From an uncultured Candidatus Saccharibacteria bacterium (lineage in GTDB: Bacteria; Patescibacteriota; Minisyncoccia; Phycocordibacterales; DSPV01), in assembly GCA_964372805.1 (NCBI GenBank), contig CAYJSB010000002.1, positions 1 to 25,234 on the forward strand: a DNA stretch of 25,234 bases, read 5' to 3'. Under the pieces are notes generated by a model. The model saw only the letters and a program-made list of their open reading frames with translations. It had not been told where the DNA came from and searched no databases. Each line of letters begins with the position of its first letter. The first letter of the stretch is position 1. Shown piece by piece: positions 15,278-23,305 of the stretch. The position numbers and the translations under genes are program-made.

Positions 15278-16989
15278 TGAAATACGCACTACGAAAGCGT
15301 TCCGATGACACTCTCCGCGTTGGGCTTGCCGAGTACCCGGAATTATTACAGCACCTGCTATTCTCGCGCGGCATCATGGATGCGTCTTCCGCGCAGGCTT
15401 TTATAAACCCACAGTACGAGGCTCATAGCCACGACCCGTTTTTAATGAAGGGAATGGAGGAAGCGGTCTCAAGAATCTATTCTCTTATTCGTGAGAATAA
15501 GAGAATAGTTATTTTTAGCGATTACGACGCGGACGGGGTGCCGGGCGGTGTCGTGCTCCATGACTTTTTCAAGAAAATTGGATTTACCAACTTTAGCAAT
15601 TACATTCCGCATCGCCACGACGAGGGGTTTGGTCTAAACTCGGAAGCGATTGAAGAATTCGCGCAAGACGGCGTGCAGCTTATCATCACCGTTGACTGCG
15701 GTATCGCCGACGAAAAAGAAATCAAGCAGGCAAAGAAACTTGGCGTTGAAACAATTGTTACCGACCACCACCTGCCTCCACCAAACGGCGTGCCGAGCGC
15801 GTTTGCTATACTTGACCCGAAACAGAAGGGTTGTAAGTATCCGTTCAAAGAACTCTGCGGTGCCGGCGTCGCCTTCAAACTTGTCCAGGCTTTGCTTTTG
15901 CGTGCCTCTACACTAACCCCTTCACCCTTCACCCTGCCACCCGTCGGCTGGGAAAAGTGGCTACTTGATTTGGTTGGCATCGCGACGCTTTCCGACATGG
16001 TTCCGCTTGTCGGTGAGAACCGCGTATTCGCGCGTTACGGGCTACTCGTCCTGCGCAAGTCCCCGCGCCCAGGGCTTCAGAAACTCTTGCGTAAGTCGGG
16101 TATTGACCAGCGACGGCTCACCGAAGACGATATCGCGTTTTCCGTCACACCGAAACTGAATGCCGCTTCGCGGTTGGGCTCTCCGGATGTTGCGTTCCGC
16201 CTGCTTGCGACAACTGATGAGACTGAAGCCGACACGATGGTGGACCAGCTTGCGCACCTGAACAATGAGCGCAAGGGCATTGTGGGAAACTTAGTGCGGG
16301 AAATCAAGAAAATCGTTGCGGAGCGGTATGAAAATCCACACGTTATCGTCGTCGGAAACCCCTTGTGGCGGCCCTCACTCCTCGGGCTTGCCGCGAATAC
16401 GCTCGCGCGCGAACACGCATGCCCCGTGTTTCTCTGGGGACGCGACGGCGAGAATTGTATCAAGGGTTCATGCCGAAGTGACGGGCAGGTGAGCGTGTTC
16501 GCGCTTATGCAGGCGGCACGCGGCGCGTTCTTGGAATTTGGCGGGCACGCGTTTTCGGGCGGGTTCTCTGTCGCGCAGGATAAAATTCACACGCTTGAGG
16601 CGACGCTTTCTGCCGCGCGCGAAAAAGTAGAGAAATCCGGAGAGCTTGCCGAGACTGTTGTCGACTGGAAACTTCGGCCAGATGAAGCGAGCACCGATAC
16701 TCACCGTTTGCTCTCGCAGCTCGCGCCGTTTGGTGAAGGAAATCCGAAGCCCGTTTTTCTTTTAGATAACGTGCTCGTGCAGCAGGTAAAGAGTTTCGGA
16801 AAAGAAAAAAATCATTTGGAACTTTTACTTACAAAAAGTAACGGCGGAAGCGTAAAAGCGATAAGTTTCTTTTTTGAAAATGCGCGCCCGCCTCAAGCGG
16901 GCGCGCATATCTCTCTCCTCGCCTCGCTTGAAGAATCAAGCTTTGGCGGCCGCACTGAACTCCGCTTGCGGATTGTGGAAATCCTGTAG
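15277..16989 (+). CDS. recJ: Single-stranded DNA exonuclease RecJ
   Basis: DHH motifs SDYDADG, TVDCG, TDHH, ATLSDMVPL, NAASRL; DHHA1 GGHAFSGG; C-terminal OB region PFGEGNPKPVF. Confidence 0.97.
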   Translation: MKYALRKRSDDTLRVGLAEYPELLQHLLFSRGIMDASSAQAFINPQYEAHSHDPFLMKGMEEAVSRIYSLIRENKRIVIFSDYDADGVPGGVVLHDFFKKIGFTNFSNYIPHRHDEGFGLNSEAIEEFAQDGVQLIITVDCGIADEKEIKQAKKLGVETIVTDHHLPPPNGVPSAFAILDPKQKGCKYPFKELCGAGVAFKLVQALLLRASTLTPSPFTLPPVGWEKWLLDLVGIATLSDMVPLVGENRVFARYGLLVLRKSPRPGLQKLLRKSGIDQRRLTEDDIAFSVTPKLNAASRLGSPDVAFRLLATTDETEADTMVDQLAHLNNERKGIVGNLVREIKKIVAERYENPHVIVVGNPLWRPSLLGLAANTLAREHACPVFLWGRDGENCIKGSCRSDGQVSVFALMQAARGAFLEFGGHAFSGGFSVAQDKIHTLEATLSAAREKVEKSGELAETVVDWKLRPDEASTDTHRLLSQLAPFGEGNPKPVFLLDNVLVQQVKSFGKEKNHLELLLTKSNGGSVKAISFFFENARPPQAGAHISLLASLEESSFGGRTELRLRIVEIL

Positions 16990-17097
16990 CCCCTCATTTA
17001 TTTTGAGTGTTTGTTCTATTCCTTTCCTTGTCTCATTCTTGTCAATACGCCACACTATTGCTATCAACATGGTGACGTATGGGGTGATTTAAGATGA

Positions 17098-17391
17098 ATG
17101 GTGTTTGATAGGTCGTGGGGAGGAGATTCCGGATTGTTGATATTTTCACAGAAAACTGATAGTTTTCATGAAGATATGAACAAAAGGAAGAAAAACAATA
17201 AATTTCGGTGCACAAAAGTTATAAAGCACAAGACATTGTATCCCACTCTTAAGGAGTGTAAATGGGTTGGGGACATGCTCTGTAGGCGGAATCCGCGGCT
17301 TTTTGAAATCGCGACAACATCATCGATACGTGCCGAGGTTATCCAGGGTATTATCACTATATGGATTGGTACACGCGGCGCCAAATTGTAA
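17098..17391 (+). CDS. Possible small hypothetical protein (start uncertain)
   Basis: Only sizeable plus-strand ORF in a 500-nt gap, followed by a clear terminator; no motif recognised. Confidence 0.3.
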   Translation: MVFDRSWGGDSGLLIFSQKTDSFHEDMNKRKKNNKFRCTKVIKHKTLYPTLKECKWVGDMLCRRNPRLFEIATTSSIRAEVIQGIITIWIGTRGAKL

Positions 17392-17436
17392 CAGTTTGAA
17401 CCACGTAGCGCCTAAGTTCTTGATTTTCTCCGTTCC

Positions 17437-17466
17437 ATACCGAGGTTTCCCCTCGGTATTTTCTTT
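17437..17466 (+). terminator. Intrinsic terminator
   Basis: ATACCGAGG-TTTCC-CCTCGGTAT followed by TTTCTTT. Confidence 0.7.
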
Positions 17467-17496
17467 ATCTGCGCTATAATTCTTAAATCATAATTC

Positions 17497-18204
17497 ATGA
17501 TTCCTAATTCCATTCTCATGTTCACCGACGGCGCGTCAAAAGGGAATCCTGGCCCGGGCGGGTTTGGCATGGTCATTGTTAATGGCGATTCAGTGTTTGA
17601 GCTTGGAGGAAGGGAAGAACACACCACAAACAATCGTATGGAGCTGACGGCGGCCATCGAAGCCTTGCGCTTTCTCAAGGAACACAATCCAGTCGCTAAA
17701 CGCTGTACGCTATACGCTGATTCCAGTTACTTAGTAACTGGAATCACAAAATGGGTGCATGGGTGGCAGAAAAATGGATGGCGAACCGTCACAAAAAAAG
17801 ATGTAGAGAACAGAGATTTGTGGGAAAAACTCGCAGAGCTTACTGCGGGACTTTCAATTAAGTGGAAGCGGGTAGCCGGGCATGCCGACACGCCGGGTAA
17901 TGCTCGCGCAGACGAGATAGCGAGCGCGTTTGGAGAGGGAGAGACACCGAAACTTTTTTCCGGCCCCCGCTCTGATTATAAAATTAATGTAAGTGTAATC
18001 GGCACAGGCACAAACTCTCAAAAGTCAGCGGTGCGCAAGCATGGTAGCGCATATTCCTATGTGTCTATGGTAGATAGAAAAATTCTGACCCATAAAACTT
18101 GGAAAGAATGTGAAGCCCGTGTGAAAGGCAAAAGAGGTGCGCGATATAAAAAATCTTTTTCGCTAGATGATGAGCGGCACATTATAGAAGATTTCTCTAA
18201 ATAA
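17497..18204 (+). CDS. rnhA: Ribonuclease HI with a C-terminal hybrid-binding (caulimovirus viroplasmin-like) domain
   Basis: FTDGASKGNPGPGG, TTNNRMELTAA, DSSYL, VENRDLW, VAGH, GNARADEIA; tail HKTWKECEARVKGKRGARYKK. Confidence 0.93.
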   Translation: MIPNSILMFTDGASKGNPGPGGFGMVIVNGDSVFELGGREEHTTNNRMELTAAIEALRFLKEHNPVAKRCTLYADSSYLVTGITKWVHGWQKNGWRTVTKKDVENRDLWEKLAELTAGLSIKWKRVAGHADTPGNARADEIASAFGEGETPKLFSGPRSDYKINVSVIGTGTNSQKSAVRKHGSAYSYVSMVDRKILTHKTWKECEARVKGKRGARYKKSFSLDDERHIIEDFSK

Positions 18205-18209
18205 AAATA

Positions 18210-18234
18210 AAACGGGGGACATGGTCCCCCGTTT
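18210..18234. terminator. Bidirectional terminator between rnhA and the convergent small gene
   Basis: AAACGGGGGAC-ATG-GTCCCCCGTTT, 11-bp stem. Confidence 0.8.
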
Positions 18235-18235
18235 G

Positions 18236-18484
18236 CTACATTATGAGTCGGTCGTACTCTTTTGCAAGTTGGTCTCTTTGTTGTACGAGCCACCGATACC
18301 GAGCAGTAGTTGTGCTTCTGGTGCGATCGAAGCACCTCCATAGAAGCTCATTTACTCGGCCCGACTTTATAGTGAGTGCAAGAATTCGTTGTGCTCGTCG
18401 GAGATCCCGTTTAGCTTTCCAAAGCACAGAAAACAAAAGAGCAAACACAATCAGAAATCCCGCAATCGAAACGATTTTTTCCAT
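18236..18484 (-). CDS. Small single-pass membrane protein
   Basis: 82 aa with an N-terminal hydrophobic helix; strong Shine-Dalgarno GGAGGTGA 6 nt before the ATG. Confidence 0.75.
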   Translation of the reverse strand: MEKIVSIAGFLIVFALLFSVLWKAKRDLRRAQRILALTIKSGRVNELLWRCFDRTRSTTTARYRWLVQQRDQLAKEYDRLIM

Positions 18485-18522
18485 AGTTCATCACCTCCAA
18501 AAAGATGTTAGCATACACGGGT

Positions 18523-20025
18523 ATGAGAAACAAATGGGTTGAAATTGTAGTCGGAGGCTTCGCAGTCGGGGTTTTTGCAAGTTCCTTTTTCCCGATAGGT
18601 TTTAGCCTCGCTTTGTTTTTCCTATTGGCCGCAGGAGCACTGCTGGCATTTGGCGTTCTGATTCCATCCCAGAATAGAATATGGTTTCTCTACCTACCAG
18701 TTGTACTTGCAGCTCTCATTGGCGGCATCGCACGATACGAACTCTCACAACCGGCCGCACTCGTTCTTGATGAGTATGTTGGAAATCGCGTTGTCGCGGA
18801 TGGAACTATCTCCAGTAGCGTTGATGAACGTGATACGGTCTCATATCTGACGGTGCGGCTTAAGAAGATTTCGGTATTTGGGAAAGAGCGTGCAATTTCA
18901 GAGCGAATTCGGGTGGCCGTGGATCGCCACAGTGATTTAAAATACGGAGACCGCATTAGTTTTTCGGGAATTGTGCGCGAGCCGGAAAATTTCACGACTA
19001 ATAGCGGCCGCATTTTTGATTATCGTTCGTATCTCGCCAAAGACGGGATTTACCATGAAATGTTCCGTCCCAATATAGAACTTCTCTCGCGTGGCGAGGG
19101 TAGCGCCATTGTCGCCCGACTTTTTCGTTTCAAATCCGCGCTCCTTTCATCAATAACACAAGCGATTCCCGAACCGCAGAGCGCCCTTTTGGGCGGGCTG
19201 ATACTTGGCGAGAAGCATTCGCTTGGGGATGCGCTTACCGATTTGTTTCGCCGCTCGGGACTCGTGCATATCATTGTGCTTTCCGGTTTCAATATGACGA
19301 TTATCGCGGCGGCGATTATGTGGCTCACAAAACGTTTCCCCCGCGCGCTCTCGGCAAGCGCTGGCGCACTTGGGATTATCGCGTTTGTGATTATGGCGGG
19401 CATGTCAGCAACTGCCATGCGCGCGGGGCTGATGGCGTTGCTTGCGGTTCTCGCGAAATTTGTCGGGCGCGACTATCGGATAGAACGCGCGCTTGCCGTC
19501 GCGGCGTTTTTAATGGTCGCTCAAAATCCGAAAGTGCTTGCGTTTGACCCGTCGTTTCAACTTTCATTTCTCGCGACTCTGGGACTCATTTATCTCTCGC
19601 CGTTTTTTGAAAAATGGTTTAAATGGATCACGCCGCGATGGGGATTACGTGAAATTGTTTCGGCGACATTCGCGACGCAGCTGTTTGTTCTACCGCTTCT
19701 TGTGAATATGTCCGGAACCGTCTCACTCATCGGCGTGCTCGCGAACATCATTGTGCTTCCCTTGGTGCCGGTTACGATGCTTTTCGGCGCCCTCACCGCG
19801 TTTGCCGGTTTATTGTCCACGGTTATTGCGGTTCCGTTTGCGTATCTTGCGTACGCTCTGCTTGTGTATATAACATCTGTAGCGAGCGCCCTCGGAGGAT
19901 TACCATTTTCATCCGTTTCGGTTCCGGCATTCCCAATGTGGTTTATCGCGTTTGCCTACGCGGCGCTGCTCTTCTGGGTGTATTGGTTACACCAGAGAAG
20001 TAAATTGGGAAAAATCTCAAATTGA
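18523..20025 (+). CDS. comEC: ComEC/Rec2 competence protein, membrane and OB part
   Basis: FDYRSYL OB region, GLILG, SGLVHIIVLSGFN, MRAGLM, SFQLSFLAT, LANII; no nuclease domain. Start at ATG 18523 or 18505. Confidence 0.93.
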   Translation: MRNKWVEIVVGGFAVGVFASSFFPIGFSLALFFLLAAGALLAFGVLIPSQNRIWFLYLPVVLAALIGGIARYELSQPAALVLDEYVGNRVVADGTISSSVDERDTVSYLTVRLKKISVFGKERAISERIRVAVDRHSDLKYGDRISFSGIVREPENFTTNSGRIFDYRSYLAKDGIYHEMFRPNIELLSRGEGSAIVARLFRFKSALLSSITQAIPEPQSALLGGLILGEKHSLGDALTDLFRRSGLVHIIVLSGFNMTIIAAAIMWLTKRFPRALSASAGALGIIAFVIMAGMSATAMRAGLMALLAVLAKFVGRDYRIERALAVAAFLMVAQNPKVLAFDPSFQLSFLATLGLIYLSPFFEKWFKWITPRWGLREIVSATFATQLFVLPLLVNMSGTVSLIGVLANIIVLPLVPVTMLFGALTAFAGLLSTVIAVPFAYLAYALLVYITSVASALGGLPFSSVSVPAFPMWFIAFAYAALLFWVYWLHQRSKLGKISN

Positions 20026-20033
20026 CGAGACCC

Positions 20034-20063
20034 ACAAGCAGTTCCATATATGGAACTGCTTGT
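20034..20063. repeat. 30-bp perfect palindrome
   Basis: ACAAGCAGTTCCATA|TATGGAACTGCTTGT. Confidence 0.9.
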
Positions 20064-20180
20064 AATCAGCAATCCGACTATAAGAACGCTACAGCGTTTA
20101 GTTAGTGTATATGTTTCTTGGCGCGGAGATTCCTCGTGCTAATATCGCTTTAGATGTAAACCTCAACGAAAGGAATTATT

Positions 20181-20624
20181 GTGAGAATACCGAAAAAGTG
20201 GGACTTTATAAAAGTCGTTCGACATATCGCTGGCCTTTTGGAAAAAGGATGGCAAGTGAAGCGGAGAAAGGATCGCGGCATAATTTTCAAACCCCCAGAA
20301 AGTAAACGATTCTGTTTCTGTACGCTTGAAGCTCTTGCGCATCTACATTTCATTGGACCAACGATTGAGCCAGAAAGTGGGTTTCATCAGGCAGCGATTC
20401 AGCTTGGTATAAACAACCAGCTCGAGGATGCTGTTGTAACTGCGAATGACTCACCGGTTATAGTCTCTATGCCTGGCCTGAATTTCATTAAGCGTTCACA
20501 AAATCGTACTCTCCTTCTCTTGAGTCTCGGTCTTCCTCTGGATCGTGGCTGGCAGGAGTGCGTGTCATACAAGTTCAAACGACACGTGGACAGAGTTCTC
20601 TCACGCCGACAGACGCAAACGTAA
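20181..20624 (+). CDS. Hypothetical protein
   Basis: 147-aa ORF, AAAGGA 6 nt before the GTG, terminator after the stop. Confidence 0.7.
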   Translation: MRIPKKWDFIKVVRHIAGLLEKGWQVKRRKDRGIIFKPPESKRFCFCTLEALAHLHFIGPTIEPESGFHQAAIQLGINNQLEDAVVTANDSPVIVSMPGLNFIKRSQNRTLLLLSLGLPLDRGWQECVSYKFKRHVDRVLSRRQTQT

Positions 20625-20639
20625 GTTCGGTTTTTGCAA

Positions 20640-20663
20640 AAGCATCCGCTATGGCGGATGCTT
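20640..20663. terminator. Bidirectional terminator between the hypothetical gene and sod
   Basis: AAGCATCCGC-TATG-GCGGATGCTT. Confidence 0.8.
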
Positions 20664-20673
20664 CTTCTCTTGT

Positions 20674-21267
20674 CTATTGCGCGTCAGAAAAATTCTTTTC
20701 TATAACCTCCCAGTTTAGGTTTGCAAAAAAATCTTCTATATAGTTTTTCTTCCCGCTTGGCTGGTAGTCGGCGACGTATGAGTGTTCCCACATATCTAGT
20801 GCGAGAATTGTTTTACAGCCGTTCAATTGCCCCAAATGCTGTTCGTCAATCCACGCGTTGAGCAGTTGTTTTGTCAGAGGGTCGTAATACAACATCGCCC
20901 AGCCGATGCCGCGCGTGAGCGCAATTGCTTTAAAACGATTCAACCATGCGTCAAACGAACCCCACTCTTTAGCGACCGCTTTCGCAAGAGCTCCGCTCTG
21001 CGAAAGCGATTTAGCCCCGTTCTCAAATCCCCTAAAATAAAATTCGTGATTTCGCATGCCGTTGAATTCAAAAGAGAAACGGCGTTGTAGCTCACCGAGT
21101 TCGTAGGCATATTTTTCTGCGTTTTGTGTGAGTTCGTCGACATGCTCCAGAATCAAATTCGAATGTTTTACGTACCCAGCATACAGTTTCAAATGTTCCT
21201 CGATTGTTTTTGCCGAGATTCCCTTTAGTGTGGGAATATTAAATTTTTCTTCAATGAATTTTTGCAT
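20674..21267 (-). CDS. sod: Fe/Mn superoxide dismutase
   Basis: Metal ligands in HLKLY, NHEFYF and LDMWEHSY; GIGWAML. Metal preference not assigned. Confidence 0.95.
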   Translation of the reverse strand: MQKFIEEKFNIPTLKGISAKTIEEHLKLYAGYVKHSNLILEHVDELTQNAEKYAYELGELQRRFSFEFNGMRNHEFYFRGFENGAKSLSQSGALAKAVAKEWGSFDAWLNRFKAIALTRGIGWAMLYYDPLTKQLLNAWIDEQHLGQLNGCKTILALDMWEHSYVADYQPSGKKNYIEDFFANLNWEVIEKNFSDAQ

Positions 21268-21401
21268 AATATGAAATTTTATTTGTTAATACCGTCCCTC
21301 CAACCTTCCAATCATATCATGAATGCAAATTGACAGCGGATTTTAAAAAAGGTATCGTTCCGGCTGGTTCCCGAAAATTCAGACAAGAAAGGAAAAACAT
21401 A

Positions 21402-21830
21402 GTGAAAAGAACGTTCTTTAAATGGTGGTTATGTTGGTCGGTTGTTCTAAGCGCAATAGTTCTCGTTTTCTGGTGGTGGGTGGCGTCCGCGGGAGGTAAA
21501 GTACCATCGGTTCATGGCGTGAGCCGTTGGTGGGACATCGCGTTTCCCCCTATCATGTTCGGGAGCCTGTTCTTCGGATTTTGGTTTGCCGAAAAAATCG
21601 ACCGAATGTTTGATGTGCCAGCACTCGGATTTTTTTTATGGGCTGTTGTGCTGTCGTGTTTTATCGCTTCGGTAGTTTTGTGTCGTGATGGCGTATCTTA
21701 CACTATCCCGATTCTCGCCGCTGGCTATGTCGTTTGGTTTATTGGCGCGTGGCTGGGATGCGTAGTTCAGCGCATTATTCGCGAGGTCTGCGGGCGCGAC
21801 ATTCCGCCGAAGGTAATTCGGGAAGGGTAG
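21402..21830 (+). CDS. Hypothetical multi-pass membrane protein
   Basis: About four hydrophobic segments; the ORF-track TTG at 21330 is the -35 box of TTGACA-17-TATCGT, so GTG 21402 after AAAGGA is preferred. Confidence 0.7.
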   Translation: MKRTFFKWWLCWSVVLSAIVLVFWWWVASAGGKVPSVHGVSRWWDIAFPPIMFGSLFFGFWFAEKIDRMFDVPALGFFLWAVVLSCFIASVVLCRDGVSYTIPILAAGYVVWFIGAWLGCVVQRIIREVCGRDIPPKVIREG

Positions 21831-21846
21831 TACTCCTAGATTTTTG

Positions 21847-21880
21847 CACCCTCTGTTCGCGGACGGAGGGTGTTTTCTTT
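21847..21880 (+). terminator. Intrinsic terminator
   Basis: CACCCTCTGT / ACGGAGGGTG stem followed by TTTTCTTT. Confidence 0.75.
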
Positions 21881-21913
21881 TGGCGATTTCTTCGGGCGCG
21901 GTATGATTAGCAG

Positions 21914-22786
21914 ATGGCTTCCACAAAGAAACTGAAGAAGCGCGTATTATTATTTCTCGTTCTACTTCTTGTCGTTTTTGACGGCGTTCTTTTGTATGCG
22001 GCCGCGCGCGAAGCGCGCGGCAACATTCTTTCTGTTTCGTTTCTCGATGTGGGACAAGGCGACGCGATTTTTATTGAAGCGCCAAACGGTGCGCAACTTT
22101 TGCTTGACGGCGGACCGAACTGGAACGTTTTGCGTGAGTTGGGAAGATTGATGCCGTTTTATGACAGATCGATCGATATCGTTCTTGCGAGTCATGCAGA
22201 CCAAGATCATATTGGCGGCTTGCCAGATGTACTTTCGCGGTTTTCTGTCGGCTCGGTCGTTGAAGGTGGGACGCTTGCGGCGACAGCCGCTTATGGCGCA
22301 TTGGGACGCGATATTTCTCTTGAAAAAGCTACACATCCGATTTTGCACGCGGGAGACAGAATTGTGCTTGATAAAAAACGCGGAGTAGTGATGGATATTT
22401 TATTCCCCGACCGCGATGCGTCCGAATTTGATACGAATGTCGGATCTATCGTCGCGCGTCTTTCCTACGGCGATACCTGTTTTATTCTTACTGGCGATTC
22501 ACCAGTAGCAATAGAAAAATATCTTGTGCAAAAATATGGAAAGGCCATTGATTGCGACGTGCTGAAGGTTGGGCACCATGGTTCCGACACTTCATCATCA
22601 CCCGAATTTATTTTGGCTGTTTCCCCGAAGTACGCTGTCATCTCGGTCGGCAAAGATAACAAGTATGGTCATCCCAAAGCATCGGTGCTTAAAACACTTT
22701 CGACATCCGGCGCCGAGATTTTGCGCACCGACGAGCGCGGCACGATAACATTTCAAACCGACGGGAAAGACCTTTTACTAAAATAA
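21914..22786 (+). CDS. comEC: ComEC-type metallo-beta-lactamase-fold nuclease (stand-alone C-terminal part)
   Basis: N-terminal anchor, LDVGQGDA, SHADQDHIGG, LTGD, KVGHHGS, ISVGKDNKYGHP, RTDERGTI. Confidence 0.92.
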   Translation: MASTKKLKKRVLLFLVLLLVVFDGVLLYAAAREARGNILSVSFLDVGQGDAIFIEAPNGAQLLLDGGPNWNVLRELGRLMPFYDRSIDIVLASHADQDHIGGLPDVLSRFSVGSVVEGGTLAATAAYGALGRDISLEKATHPILHAGDRIVLDKKRGVVMDILFPDRDASEFDTNVGSIVARLSYGDTCFILTGDSPVAIEKYLVQKYGKAIDCDVLKVGHHGSDTSSSPEFILAVSPKYAVISVGKDNKYGHPKASVLKTLSTSGAEILRTDERGTITFQTDGKDLLLK

Positions 22787-22791
22787 ATTCT

Positions 22792-22817
22792 ATTTCATAC
22801 GATATATCGTATGAAAT
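22792..22817. repeat. 26-bp perfect palindrome
   Basis: ATTTCATACGATA|TATCGTATGAAAT. Confidence 0.9.
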
Positions 22818-22827
22818 CAAAAACCTA

Positions 22828-22869
22828 TATCCTATTATAACAGGCCTATAGGCCTGTTATAATAGGATA
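22828..22869. repeat. 42-bp perfect palindrome
   Basis: TATCCTATTATAACAGGCCTA|TAGGCCTGTTATAATAGGATA. Confidence 0.9.
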
Positions 22870-22879
22870 CGTAAATAAC

Positions 22880-22901
22880 AAAAAACCGGCTTTCGCCGTT
22901 T
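22880..22901 (-). terminator. Terminator of rpmB
   Basis: Minus strand CGGC-GAAA-GCCG followed by GTTTTTT. Confidence 0.6.
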
Positions 22902-22931
22902 GCTACATGATACATGCTTATTGATGATTGA

Positions 22932-23174
22932 TTAGATAATCCCAGCCTTCTTGAGCGTCGCGTAGGCGCCGTTCTTCTGTATAGTTTTGAGTGCGTTGGT
23001 AGAGATTTTGAGGTTAACAAATTTCTTGAGCTCGGGTACGTAAATGCGCTTTTTCTGCAAATTAACATACTTCCGAACCATGCCGGTCGGATTAAACTGC
23101 GTCGCGCGAGTGCGGTTCGAATAGCCGCCGCCGACACGAGAACCTTTCTTTGAAATTGGGCAGATGTAAGCCAT
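22932..23174 (-). CDS. rpmB: 50S ribosomal protein L28
   Basis: MAYICPISKK...RKYVNLQKKRIYVPELKKFVNLKISTNALKTIQKNG follows the bL28 pattern, with an insertion near GGYSNRTRATQFNPTG. Confidence 0.93.
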   Translation of the reverse strand: MAYICPISKKGSRVGGGYSNRTRATQFNPTGMVRKYVNLQKKRIYVPELKKFVNLKISTNALKTIQKNGAYATLKKAGII

Positions 23175-23305
23175 CTTGTATCGCAAACCGTGTAACGTGT
23201 AACGAACGAACCATAAAGATTTGTACTGCCTCTTTTACCTCGCAAGCTATAAGTTACAAGTTGCGTGGGGCGTATGCTATCATAAAGTCTAAATTACACA
23301 AGGTC

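Noticed and set aside
600-20093. 12-bp match AAGAACGCTACA at 600-611 and 20082-20093
   Set aside because: Several exact 12-mer matches are expected by chance in 25 kb, and the flanks do not align.
13643-22869. Palindromes and hairpin copies as a CRISPR array
   Set aside because: Copies are dispersed or inverted, differ in sequence and lack regular spacers; no cas gene in the window.
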